Part shown: one piece after another, positions 17,076 to 26,714 of the stretch
How the letters are laid out: the number at the start of each line of letters is the position of its first letter
Position numbering within the stretch: position 1 is the first letter of the stretch
Source: Promethearchaeati archaeon
GTDB lineage: Archaea > Asgardarchaeota > Heimdallarchaeia > JABLTI01
Length of the DNA: 29,000 nt
Direction: 5' to 3'
Assembly: GCA_013166835.1 (NCBI GenBank)
Contig: JABLTI010000026.1
Location: 1-29,000 of the forward strand
The notes under the pieces: generated by a model
Seen by the model: the letters and a program-made list of their open reading frames with translations, nothing else
Told to the model about the DNA's origin: nothing
Databases searched by the model: none
Translations under genes and position numbers: made by a program

Positions 17076-17939
17076 TTATTTTCTTGTTTTTCTTGGAGTA
17101 ATTACAATTGATTGATTTACAAGATCAAGCTCATCTATCCTCTCAGAAGCAGTTTGCACAGGAATAATTTCAATTGAATCTTTTCCTGTTCGCAAAAGCA
17201 TAATTTGCTTTTCTCTTACTAAGAGTGATATCAAATCAGCGGAAATACTGTCAATTTTGCTTTCAAGTTCAGAAATTTTGAATTGCTTTCCACCAAACTT
17301 TTTCAAGAATTCTTTTTTCAAAGATTCCTTTTGCTCTTTCGTCAATTTGCGTAATGGTAGCGATTCCATGATCGCTATGCCTTTCCCCTCTAGAATTTCA
17401 TCTTCAACGAGGAGTTCTTTCTCGTCTCCTTCAATAATCTGTACTCCACCAACATCATGTAGATTAAACATATCCATATCCAGCGTATTATCTCCTGGCA
17501 TAAACATAATGGCTTTAGTACGTATCTTCACTTCCCATGCAATCATACGTAAACGATCTCTTTCGGTAGTTCCCTCTAAAGCTATTTTCGTATCTCTAGT
17601 TCTTTGCATCTTGGTGAGAGATTGGTATACTCGAGCATCTAATTGTTTGTGTCTATTACTGGCAATGTGTAGGTAAGCATCTGATACTTCTATTCGATCC
17701 TCTTCACTTTCAGCTATTTGTGGAACAGTTCCTTTTTCTAACAAAGTCTTGTATTTCTTTGCGACACTCCACAATAATTTCTCAATCCCATCACTAGTTT
17801 GTTTTTTCTTGGGATCATTTTTCTGCTTATCCGGATTATCATTTGGTTTTAATTTGTTAGAAGATTTCTCACTGTCTTCTTCATTTGTTGATTCCGAAGT
17901 GGATATTTCTATTTCAATATCATTATTGTCTTCTAACAT
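17076..17939 (-). CDS. Putative kleisin (Nse4/ScpA-like) subunit
   Basis: Overlaps the SMC stop by 17 nt. Helical N-terminal region, acidic linker, and a C-terminal winged-helix-like segment ISLLVREKQIML reminiscent of Nse4 SFLVRDG. The call relies heavily on context. Confidence 0.5.
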   Translation of the reverse strand: MLEDNNDIEIEISTSESTNEEDSEKSSNKLKPNDNPDKQKNDPKKKQTSDGIEKLLWSVAKKYKTLLEKGTVPQIAESEEDRIEVSDAYLHIASNRHKQLDARVYQSLTKMQRTRDTKIALEGTTERDRLRMIAWEVKIRTKAIMFMPGDNTLDMDMFNLHDVGGVQIIEGDEKELLVEDEILEGKGIAIMESLPLRKLTKEQKESLKKEFLKKFGGKQFKISELESKIDSISADLISLLVREKQIMLLRTGKDSIEIIPVQTASERIDELDLVNQSIVITPRKTRK

Positions 17940-20922
17940 GTTCAGCTTTTACCACCTTCATCTCAGAAACAACCATGTGATGGATATTATCTGATACATC
18001 AACGTCTAAAGCATCAGGACAAAGCAGAATAAATTGAGGAACAAAGCGAGAATTTTCTCCAGCTAGTTTTTGTGTTCTTACTGCTATACTGAATGCTAAT
18101 GCTTTATTTTTCTCGTCTAATCTCTGTGTGAATTCATCAATAGCATGGATTGGTGAATCCGTTAGAGTATGCATTGCTAAAATGAGCCCTTCAATTGCTA
18201 GGACTTTCTCTCCTCCGCTTAGTTCTCGAAAATCACGATAGGCCTTCCCTTTAGTAATCGCTTCTATGTATAATCCTGCATCTTCTGGTTTATTGATGTT
18301 AGTTACTTTCAATCTTACTTTCTCAAATATTCCTCCTAATAGGAGTTTCATCGAACGTGTGATATTTGTAATAACTTCTTGTAGCTCCCCATTCCAAAAT
18401 GCTAATCTAGCTTCTAAATCTGCACGTAAATTAGTAATATGCTCCTCTCTTTCAACCATATAAACCTTCAAAGATTCAACTTTCACTTTTTGAGCATCTA
18501 TTTTATCTTCATCTACATTACTGATTCCGATTGAATCTAAATGCCCTTCAATTCGGTTTAACTCATCCCTTATTTCAGTATAATTTCTAATTTCTTCTGG
18601 TCGTTCCCCTTTCTGCTTTGCTTGTTCCTCTCTTTCATTTTTTTCTTGTAAATGAGTTTCATATTCAGAATCAAAGTTTAACTCGAGTGTGAGAAGCCGT
18701 GTAGATTTCTCAACTAAACTATGAGATTCTATTCGAAGCAATTCAATTGTTTCATTTATATCCTCAATATTTCTTTTTACTTCATTCTTTTTTATGAAAT
18801 AAGTAGCAAAATCATCATCAGCTTCATCGAGTTCAAGTTTCAATCCATTCTGATGTATTTTGTATTCCTGTGTTTTCGCTTCGATTGTAGCGATGATTTC
18901 ATTTATGGTTTCAATTTTACCCAAGATTTTTTCATCAGGCATACCTAATGCTTGAATTTCTTGATGCAGCTTTGTTATTTCTTTTAGGGTTTTTATTTCA
19001 TCGATTTTTAAATCGCGTGTTTCTTTTTCTAATCGTGCGATTGCAACTCGTGTTTTCCTTTCATTAATTATGGTCGTGAATTGCTTTTCTTCTGATGCTT
19101 TTATCTTCCAACCAAAAGGATTCTTCATTGGTGCAGGTGGTCTTCCGAATCCTCCATGTGATAAATAGTAGCTTTTTCCTGATTTTGTTAGGATATTAAT
19201 ACGGGAATCCCTAGCGATATTTGTTAAAGTATTTGGATCATATTTATCCTCAGCAACACCAGCTTTCACTACTCTTTTCAGAAAGCCTAATGCATAAGGA
19301 TTACCAGATAGGAGATTACTGGCAATATCATTAACTTCTTTGTATGGAGGTTTTTTGAGCATTTCAGATGCTTTTTTGGCATCTTCAGCAGTTACTTTGT
19401 ATACAGAAATTGGGGGTTTCCATCGAGGCCATGTCTCATCATACAATCTTTTTGCAAATCTATAACCCTCATCTGTCTTAGCTAAAAAGGCATAAAGATT
19501 TCGACCGATGAGATTTTTAACAGCATTTCTCCAAGTTTCTTTTCCCTCTTTAATATCGATTAAGGAAATTATTGGTCCGATGATTTCTTTGTCCATAGAT
19601 TGTTTTCTAATTTTATGATAGAAAATTTTCGCAGAATTTGTTAGGTCTTCTTCAAACTTTGTTAAGCGTTGTCCGGAATAGGTTTCTTCGTCTGAAGAAA
19701 ATGAATCAAAATGTGGTTCAACAATTATTCTCCTTCTGTGAATGAGGAGTTCTTTATCTGCATTGGAGTATTTTTCTTGAATCATGGATAACTTTTTTGT
19801 TTTTATTATCAGAGCTTCTTGTCTATCTTGGAGTTTTCTATCCTTTTCACTTAGATTCTTAGTGGCAATGATTTTTTCCATTTCATTTTTTTGTTCGTTA
19901 TATCGTTCAATCTCTTTTCCAAAATTCTCGATATTTTCTTGATCGTTTTGGATTTGAGTTTCTAATGTGATCAACTTTCTATTCTTTATTCGTTCTTGTT
20001 CTTCTACTAATTCTAATTCTTCCTTCAAAACTTGTAATCTATTATTTGTTAAATCAATTTCAGATTTCTTTTTACTTATCGCTTGTTCATTCTCACTTTT
20101 TTGCTTTACAATTGTTAATCGCTGCTTATTTACCCCATCTAATTGTTTCTCTAATCGAGTCACAGATGACCAAGCAAGTTCTGTTTCCAATTTTGTTTTC
20201 ATTATCATTAGTTTCTTCTTTTGATTTAGAATCTTCATTGCATCGTTCCAAAGGTTTAGCAATTTACTTTCAGTTTCATACTTTCTTTTTAATGGTTCAA
20301 TCTCTTGAATGCTTGCTTTTAGTGTCTCTTGAGAGGTTATTACCTCTTCTCGATATTGTTTTAGTCCTGTTACTTCTAAGAGAACTTCCAATTTTCTCTT
20401 GGGACTTTTTGAAGCAAAATCATCTACAGTTCCTTCCCCTGTAAATGCTAATTTATTATCACCGCGAACTCCAATTGATTCAAAGACTCTTCTAACATCT
20501 CGTCTTGTAACCAATCTTCCCCGAATAATTCTTCTTGAGTTATTAATACTATATGTAACGGAACTATCATCCCGGGATATTTTAGCTGTGACCTTAAATG
20601 TATCAAAATCTATCACTGAATTCAAATCTTTATCCAAAGTATGAATTGCTCTTCGACCATTTATGATTGGGTTAGCTATTTCTAATGTAATTGTAGAAAA
20701 ATCATCATTTTTCCCAACTAAACTACCAACACCCTTTGCTTTTGCTCTAGCAGGAATATGTCCGATGCATAAGGTTAATCCATCTAGCACTTGTGTTTTT
20801 CCAGAACCATTTGCTCCTGTAATCAATGAAATAGCTTCTTTAGCTAAATCCACTACTGTGAATTCGTGAAGCATTAGGTTTTCCATGGTTATTTTTTGGA
20901 ATAGTTTAGCTTTTCCATTCAT
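17923..20922 (-). CDS. smc: SMC-family ATPase, SMC5/6-like
   Basis: Walker A GANGSGKT, long coiled coils, central hinge IIGPIISLI......W..AV..LIG..L.AF, signature LSGGEK, Walker B/D-loop SPIHAIDEFTQRLD. 999 aa, with no Rad50 CxxC hook. Confidence 0.9.
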   Translation of the reverse strand: MNGKAKLFQKITMENLMLHEFTVVDLAKEAISLITGANGSGKTQVLDGLTLCIGHIPARAKAKGVGSLVGKNDDFSTITLEIANPIINGRRAIHTLDKDLNSVIDFDTFKVTAKISRDDSSVTYSINNSRRIIRGRLVTRRDVRRVFESIGVRGDNKLAFTGEGTVDDFASKSPKRKLEVLLEVTGLKQYREEVITSQETLKASIQEIEPLKRKYETESKLLNLWNDAMKILNQKKKLMIMKTKLETELAWSSVTRLEKQLDGVNKQRLTIVKQKSENEQAISKKKSEIDLTNNRLQVLKEELELVEEQERIKNRKLITLETQIQNDQENIENFGKEIERYNEQKNEMEKIIATKNLSEKDRKLQDRQEALIIKTKKLSMIQEKYSNADKELLIHRRRIIVEPHFDSFSSDEETYSGQRLTKFEEDLTNSAKIFYHKIRKQSMDKEIIGPIISLIDIKEGKETWRNAVKNLIGRNLYAFLAKTDEGYRFAKRLYDETWPRWKPPISVYKVTAEDAKKASEMLKKPPYKEVNDIASNLLSGNPYALGFLKRVVKAGVAEDKYDPNTLTNIARDSRINILTKSGKSYYLSHGGFGRPPAPMKNPFGWKIKASEEKQFTTIINERKTRVAIARLEKETRDLKIDEIKTLKEITKLHQEIQALGMPDEKILGKIETINEIIATIEAKTQEYKIHQNGLKLELDEADDDFATYFIKKNEVKRNIEDINETIELLRIESHSLVEKSTRLLTLELNFDSEYETHLQEKNEREEQAKQKGERPEEIRNYTEIRDELNRIEGHLDSIGISNVDEDKIDAQKVKVESLKVYMVEREEHITNLRADLEARLAFWNGELQEVITNITRSMKLLLGGIFEKVRLKVTNINKPEDAGLYIEAITKGKAYRDFRELSGGEKVLAIEGLILAMHTLTDSPIHAIDEFTQRLDEKNKALAFSIAVRTQKLAGENSRFVPQFILLCPDALDVDVSDNIHHMVVSEMKVVKAEHVRRQ

Positions 20923-21072
20923 AAATTCCTAACTCCGCTGCTTTACTTTAGACGAAGTGCAAAAGATCTGGTTGGGAGATATTCAAATAGAACAATCTAT
21001 CAGCTTTCTCCGATGCTTCCCTCTTTTCATTGACTCTTTACTTCGGTCTAACTATATCCTCTTGTTTATCTG

Positions 21073-21084
21073 TTTAAATAAAAA
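21073..21084 (-). promoter_or_regulatory. Candidate TATA box for the SMC/Ubl operon
   Basis: TTTTTATTTAAA on the minus strand about 150 nt upstream of the SMC ATG and about 22 nt upstream of a structured leader. Confidence 0.35.
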
Positions 21085-21239
21085 GTTTGAAAGGAGTTAA
21101 GCGAAAGTATTTTTCGACTCACCTGCTACACTAAATGTTATTAGTGTACTACATCATTCTGTATATATAACTAATTAAATGTGGTAATATCAAAAGTAAT
21201 AAGCTCTTGCTTAACTATGAGAAAAAAAGATAAAAGAAA

Positions 21240-21270
21240 AATGGAAGGAAATTATTTTCCAGCTTCCATT
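21240..21270 (-). terminator. Hairpin plus T-tract after the subtilase gene
   Basis: AATGGAAG...CTTCCATT stem enclosing GAAA/TTTC, followed on the minus strand by TTTCTTTTATCTTTTTTT. Confidence 0.55.
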
Positions 21271-21287
21271 CTATGAACATTTTTGAA

Positions 21288-23597
21288 TTATTTTCTCTTT
21301 CTAGCTGTTAAAATCACACTGGTTAATCCAATTGTGCTTAAAACTATCCATGCAGCAAAAGGAATTCCAAATGGGAAGGTAAAGCCATTAGTTGGTGTAC
21401 CTGTTTTTGTTGCTTCTGCTGAAAGAGTAAAACTACCAGATCCAGAGACTCGTTTAACCACAATATAGACTGTCTTGTTGTTTGCAGGTGTGTAAAGGAT
21501 ATTTTCGGGCACTCCCGCTGTTGCTGTAGTACTACTCGCCAAAATTGCTGAAGCTGAGGTTACATCTACTGAGGGATCATACAAGTAAAGATCATAGTCA
21601 GCAGTTCCATCCATTTCAATACCAGCTGTAAACTCAATTAATTCAACTAATTCTACTTTTCGAGCCCAGCTTTGCATGCTAGTCGGTGAACTACTAAGTG
21701 ATTCAGTTACATTAGTTCCAGCGGTATATGTTGAGAGGAATGCTTCAATCGCTGCATCACCGTGTACTTTGCCAAAACCTTCAACTAAATCTCTTGCGCC
21801 TCTATTCAAGGTAGGAGGATTACTATAAACATCCACTACTTCACCATACCGAACTTCTGTTGCGGTTCCGCAGAGAATATTCTTTATGTAAAGCACGTTT
21901 GCTTCTGTATGAGTCCAATCTGTTCCCATGGCTTCTATCATTAATGCTGCTAAGCCAGCTACATGAGGAGTAGCCATACTGGTTCCCTGAAATGCTATGT
22001 AATCATCTGTATTTAGTTCAGTTTCCCAATAAGTGGATGGGGATCCTGATGAGAAATCAATAACATCTTTATCATTTGTGTCAGCAGCAACTATTGGATG
22101 AGTATTTTCATCTGCCCCTATGGGATCTTTGTATGCTCCACCAGGAGCCAAAATATCGGGTTTACCTGTTCCGGTGTCACCATTTGAGGAATAAATTGCT
22201 ACTTTATCAACATCATCAATGGCTCCAACGGTTATTGCTTTACTTGCTGTACCAGGGGAATAAATAAAATCACCATCTGTATGACCATTACCAGCAGCTG
22301 CCACACATACATATCCTAAAGAAACAAGATTGTTTATTGCAGTATCTACTGCTGAAATTTCCGAATCAAAACCTAAGGACATACTTACTACTGCTATATT
22401 ATAAGTATCACCATTAGCATTTATCCAATCTAAAGCATCAGTAAATTCTGTTTGAGAGCCAATTCCTGAATCATCTAAAGCTTTCAAAGCAACGATTTCA
22501 CAACCAGGTGCAACACCTCGATATTTATTGTTTCCATCAGATGTTGAAGAAGCAGGACGAGTAATTTTGTATTGAACTTTTGCTCTCGCAATTTCTGAGG
22601 AGGGTTCTCCTCCTTCATATGGTCCAATTATGTATTGATATTTTCCTGGGGAAAGAGTTCCAGATGTAAAAGTCAATGGTGTTACACCAGTACCATAATC
22701 TTGAGTTATTATATCCTCAAAACCAGCAGCTAATGGATTTGAATCAAATGCAAGAAACAAAGTATCTGTTGGACTATCTGGGGTATCTGTTTCATCCCAC
22801 CAAATTTCGAATGATACAGTTCCTGAAGTTTCCACTTCTACATGGCTTATTAAGCCATATAGTTCATTTAAGTGAGGTAAGCCAAGTGTTGCTGATATTT
22901 CCACATTTGCTGCAGTTCCAGCACCTGCACCTGATCCAGCTGCGATACTTGAAACATGAGTCCCATGGCCACTCCAATCAGTTGCAGTTCCATATTCATC
23001 ACTTCCAACAAAAGCATCATGTCCAATGAAATCTTCCCAATGTGAGATTCTTCCAGTGAAATCTGGATGGGTGTCATCAATTCCTGTATCTATAATTGCA
23101 ATAGCGTCACTTACATCTCCCTCAAAACCTAAGGTATCCCAAACATAGGGTCGAACATTTATTTGGGGAACGCTTGTACTCAGCATTGTTTTACATTTAT
23201 AGTTCTCTGTCACAAAATTGACTCCCGGGATCGCTGCTAAAGCACCTATTTGTGTTCCTTTAATTCTAACTGCAGCACCATGAATTACAGACCAAGAACT
23301 AACTATGATACCATCTAGTGATTCAATGCTGTTTCTAATCATGTCATTTAGAGGTGTATCAAAAGTGACGACTGTTGTATAGTATTCACTCTCAAATCCA
23401 TTGCTTACTATGTTCTCTAAATGGTCATGAACTTTATTTTTATTCAAATCCAAACTTGTATCTTGTTTCACAAGTGGATTGAAAGTGCTTACTTCTATTG
23501 GGACATCGGGTAGTTGGGCAGATGCATATGACCCAAATGCCAATGGCAATAAGAAGAAGCTAAAAAAGATAAGAGCATGCATTTTTTTGTTAATCAT
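21288..23597 (-). CDS. S8 subtilisin-like serine protease, secreted and C-terminally anchored
   Basis: Signal peptide, I9-like prodomain, IIDTGID (Asp), HGTHVSS (His), AAGN, GTSMATPHV (Ser), PPC-like DYDLYLY domain, C-terminal TM plus RKRK. Confidence 0.95.
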   Translation of the reverse strand: MINKKMHALIFFSFFLLPLAFGSYASAQLPDVPIEVSTFNPLVKQDTSLDLNKNKVHDHLENIVSNGFESEYYTTVVTFDTPLNDMIRNSIESLDGIIVSSWSVIHGAAVRIKGTQIGALAAIPGVNFVTENYKCKTMLSTSVPQINVRPYVWDTLGFEGDVSDAIAIIDTGIDDTHPDFTGRISHWEDFIGHDAFVGSDEYGTATDWSGHGTHVSSIAAGSGAGAGTAANVEISATLGLPHLNELYGLISHVEVETSGTVSFEIWWDETDTPDSPTDTLFLAFDSNPLAAGFEDIITQDYGTGVTPLTFTSGTLSPGKYQYIIGPYEGGEPSSEIARAKVQYKITRPASSTSDGNNKYRGVAPGCEIVALKALDDSGIGSQTEFTDALDWINANGDTYNIAVVSMSLGFDSEISAVDTAINNLVSLGYVCVAAAGNGHTDGDFIYSPGTASKAITVGAIDDVDKVAIYSSNGDTGTGKPDILAPGGAYKDPIGADENTHPIVAADTNDKDVIDFSSGSPSTYWETELNTDDYIAFQGTSMATPHVAGLAALMIEAMGTDWTHTEANVLYIKNILCGTATEVRYGEVVDVYSNPPTLNRGARDLVEGFGKVHGDAAIEAFLSTYTAGTNVTESLSSSPTSMQSWARKVELVELIEFTAGIEMDGTADYDLYLYDPSVDVTSASAILASSTTATAGVPENILYTPANNKTVYIVVKRVSGSGSFTLSAEATKTGTPTNGFTFPFGIPFAAWIVLSTIGLTSVILTARKRK

Positions 23598-23934
23598 AAA
23601 AAAACCTCATGGTTTAAACATTCAATAATTATATTATTTCAAGATATTAACATAACACTTCATTTATTTTCAATTCAACCAACGATTAGGATTAATCGTT
23701 CTAAATTTGATTGCTATCTGGTTATTGAGCTAAACAACTAATAAATACTTTCAATGAAGCAAGAACCGTTCGGAATTGTTCGATGAGAATGACAAAAATA
23801 CAGAAACAACCATTAATTTTGATAGGATAAGAAAATATTGAAATATATCCTATGTTTACTTTTTGGCAGTTATGTATTTTGTAAGAAAATTAAAAAAAAT
23901 TGATTCCTAAATAAGTAAAAAAGTGTGATTAATC

Positions 23935-24987
23935 TTGTCTCATTCAGAAGAAGTTGGTATAGTAGGTTATGGTGTCTACATACCTCGGTTTAGAATTAAA
24001 GTTGAAGAAATAGCTCGAATTTGGGGACAACCTGGGAAAGTTGTCAGTAAGGCACTGGGAGTGGAGGAAAAAAGCATACCAGATATGGATGAAGATACCA
24101 TCACCATTTCAGTGGAAGCTTCAAGAAATGCCTTAAAAATGGCTGGTATTATACCAGAAGATATTGAAGCTGTTTATGTTGGATCTGAAAGCCATCCTTA
24201 TGCGGTTAAACCAACAGCTACTGTAGTTGCTGAAGCAATAGGAGCTGCACCAATTACAACTGCTGCAGACCTTGAATTCGCTTGTAAAGCTGGAACTGCA
24301 GGTGTACAAATGTGTATGGGGCTTGTGAAGAGTAAAACAATAAATGCTGGTTTAGCAGTTGGTGCGGATTGTTCTCAAGGAAGACCGGGAGACGCACTTG
24401 AATATACTGCAAGTGCAGGAGCATGTGCACTGGTTATTGGTTGTTACAATATTATAGCAAGTATTGATCACACAGAAAGTTTCACTACTGATACTCCTGA
24501 TTTTTGGAGAAGAGAAGGGGCAACCTATCCTTCTCATGGTGGGAGATTTACAGGAGAACCAGCATATTTCAAACATGTAACTAGAGCAGCTGAGAATATT
24601 ATGTATAACACTAATACTACTCCTGATGATTATGATTATGTCGTATTTCACGAACCGAACTCTAAATTTCCTTTAACAACTGCTAAAAAACTTGGTTTTT
24701 CTAAAGAAAAAGTGGAGCCAAGTCTTGCTGTTAGATGGATTGGGAATACCTATTCAGCATCTTCTATGATCGGTTTAGCAGCAACTCTTGATATAGCCAA
24801 AGCTGGTGATAAAATCTTAATGATATCTTATGGCTCTGGTTCTGGTAGTGATGCTTTTACAATAACCGTGAGAGACGGTATTGAAGAACGACGAAAAAAT
24901 ATTCCAAAAGTGCAGGATTACATTGACGATAAGGTATTTTTGGACTATTCATATTATACGAAACATCGTGGAAAAATCAAAATGTAA
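23935..24987 (+). CDS. hmgB: Hydroxymethylglutaryl-CoA synthase (archaeal type)
   Basis: [30 protein letters not shown] (catalytic Cys), [18 protein letters not shown]. Confidence 0.96.
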   Translation: MSHSEEVGIVGYGVYIPRFRIKVEEIARIWGQPGKVVSKALGVEEKSIPDMDEDTITISVEASRNALKMAGIIPEDIEAVYVGSESHPYAVKPTATVVAEAIGAAPITTAADLEFACKAGTAGVQMCMGLVKSKTINAGLAVGADCSQGRPGDALEYTASAGACALVIGCYNIIASIDHTESFTTDTPDFWRREGATYPSHGGRFTGEPAYFKHVTRAAENIMYNTNTTPDDYDYVVFHEPNSKFPLTTAKKLGFSKEKVEPSLAVRWIGNTYSASSMIGLAATLDIAKAGDKILMISYGSGSGSDAFTITVRDGIEERRKNIPKVQDYIDDKVFLDYSYYTKHRGKIKM

Positions 24988-25000
24988 TGGAGGACAAAAA

Positions 25001-26164
25001 ATGAAAAAAATTGCAATTGTTGGTGTTGGCAATACTAAAATCGGTGAATGGTATGAAAACAGTCTTCGAGGTCTAACAGATATAGCGATTACAAAAGCAA
25101 TTGAATCTGCAAATATAGATCCGAAGGAAATCGAATCAACTTTTATTGGTTCAATGTCACCTGGAATCTTCAATCAACAAGAACATATTTCAGCTCTAGT
25201 TGGTCCTCATTCTGGTGTGAACGCCCCAGCATTACGTGTTGAATCTGCATGTGCAAGTGGATCTCAAGCACTTAGAGTAGCTATGATGGCAATTCAAGCA
25301 GGATATTATGATTCAGCATTAGTTGTTGGTGTAGAAAAAATGACTGATCTCATTGACATTGGTGATGTTACAACAGCTTTAGGAACAGCTTCTGATGGTT
25401 CGTGGGAACTCGGAATGGGAGCTACTTTTCCAGCCCTTTTTGCACTAATGATGAGAGCACATATGCATAAATATGGGAGTACTCTTGAGGAATTTGCTAG
25501 TGTAGCTGTCAAGAATCATAACAATGGTTCTCTTAATCCTGATGCTCAATTTAGAAAGAAAGTTACCATGGAGACAGTTATGAATTCTCGAATAATTGCT
25601 GATCCAATTAGATTGTTTGATTGCTCACCTGTAAGCGATGGTGCAGCAGCAATCATAGTAACAAAAGAGAGTTTAGCTAAGAAATATACAGATGATCCAG
25701 TATATGTTACAGGAACGGGTGCAGGAACAGACCATATAGCACTACATCAAAGACCAGATATTACAACCATGGAATCTGCGAAAAGAGCTGTAAAAACAGC
25801 ATTCGATATGGCGAAAATTAAAACTAAAGATGTTGATTTCATTGAAGTGCATGATTGCTTCACAATTGCTGAAGTAATTACCCTTGAAGATGTTGGATTC
25901 TGTAAAAAGGGTCAAGGTGGAAAATTCTCACTTGACGGTGAAACGGCACTTAACAGTACAATTTCAGTAAATCCAAGTGGTGGTCTCAAATCAAAAGGCC
26001 ATCCTGTTGGCGCCACTGGAATTTATCAAGTTATTGAGGTGTTTCATCAATTACGAAACGAAGCTGGAAAACGGCAAGTAACAAACAATAACATAGGTGT
26101 AACGCATAATATTGGAGGATCCGGGGCAACCTGTGTTGCTAATGTTTTTACAAGAGGTGATTAA
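25001..26164 (+). CDS. Acetoacetyl-CoA thiolase (archaeal/SCP2-type)
   Basis: VESACASG, EVHDCF, NPSGGLKSKGHPVGATG. True start is ATG 25001 after GGAGG, not 24881. Confidence 0.95.
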   Translation: MKKIAIVGVGNTKIGEWYENSLRGLTDIAITKAIESANIDPKEIESTFIGSMSPGIFNQQEHISALVGPHSGVNAPALRVESACASGSQALRVAMMAIQAGYYDSALVVGVEKMTDLIDIGDVTTALGTASDGSWELGMGATFPALFALMMRAHMHKYGSTLEEFASVAVKNHNNGSLNPDAQFRKKVTMETVMNSRIIADPIRLFDCSPVSDGAAAIIVTKESLAKKYTDDPVYVTGTGAGTDHIALHQRPDITTMESAKRAVKTAFDMAKIKTKDVDFIEVHDCFTIAEVITLEDVGFCKKGQGGKFSLDGETALNSTISVNPSGGLKSKGHPVGATGIYQVIEVFHQLRNEAGKRQVTNNNIGVTHNIGGSGATCVANVFTRGD

Positions 26165-26165
26165 T

Positions 26166-26579
26166 GTGTCAGTTCCGAGATTTTGGCGAAGAATTCATTC
26201 ATTATATAGACTAGAAGGTACTAAATGTCCTAAGTGTGAGACACTATTTTTCCCAGAACGTAGTCGTTGTACAAAATGTAATGCAAATGAGCTAGAAGCC
26301 TTCTTTTACTCTGGGTTTGGAAAAATCGTTAGTTACTCCTGGGTTTACACCCCTCCTAAGGGATTCAAAAGCAGCATTCCTTATTGTTTAGCGATAATCG
26401 AGTTAGATGAAGGACCTCGATTAACTACACAAGTGGTTGCTGTTACTCAGGAAGAAGTTTCAATTGATATGCCTGTAGAATTTGCCTTTAGAAAAATTTC
26501 TTCAGAAGGAGAAGAAGGAGTCATTACTTACGGCTTCAAATTCCGACCAAAAGGTTATCCAAATCATAAAAAGAAATAG
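26166..26579 (+). CDS. DUF35 Zn-ribbon/OB-fold scaffold of the thiolase-HMG-CoA synthase complex
   Basis: CPKC..FFP.R..CTKC, PY.LAIIELDEG, YGFKFRP. GTG 26166 follows GAGGTGA. Canonical archaeal three-gene arrangement. Confidence 0.92.
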   Translation: MSVPRFWRRIHSLYRLEGTKCPKCETLFFPERSRCTKCNANELEAFFYSGFGKIVSYSWVYTPPKGFKSSIPYCLAIIELDEGPRLTTQVVAVTQEEVSIDMPVEFAFRKISSEGEEGVITYGFKFRPKGYPNHKKK

Positions 26580-26584
26580 AAGCT

Positions 26585-26628
26585 AAAATTTGAAGATTAA
26601 AAGACCTTCAAATTTTTTCCTTTTTTTT
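26585..26628 (+). terminator. Hairpin plus T-tract after the mevalonate-entry operon
   Basis: AAAATTTGAAG-N10-CTTCAAATTTT followed by TTCCTTTTTTTT. Confidence 0.6.
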
Positions 26629-26714
26629 ATTTCCAAGTGCTTTAGTAATGTTTTAATTCACTTTTCCTAAATTTATCGTGAGTTTATCAATTGTAAGTAT
26701 TTGAGCTGACCTGC

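Noticed and set aside
17923-20922. Rad50/SbcC or Wadjet (JetABCD) call for the SMC gene
   Set aside because: It has a globular hinge and no CxxC zinc hook, and no Mre11/SbcD or JetD Toprim nuclease gene is adjacent. Head and hinge motifs look SMC5/6-like.
1277-25512. Numerous short antisense or off-frame ORFs (e.g. 13917..14255, 17257..17676, 22676..23029, 24352..24651)
   Set aside because: They overlap well-supported genes and show no recognisable motifs.
24881-26165. Extended starts for thiolase (24881) and DUF35 (26112) in the ORF track
   Set aside because: They overlap upstream genes; RBS-supported starts exist at 25001 and 26166.
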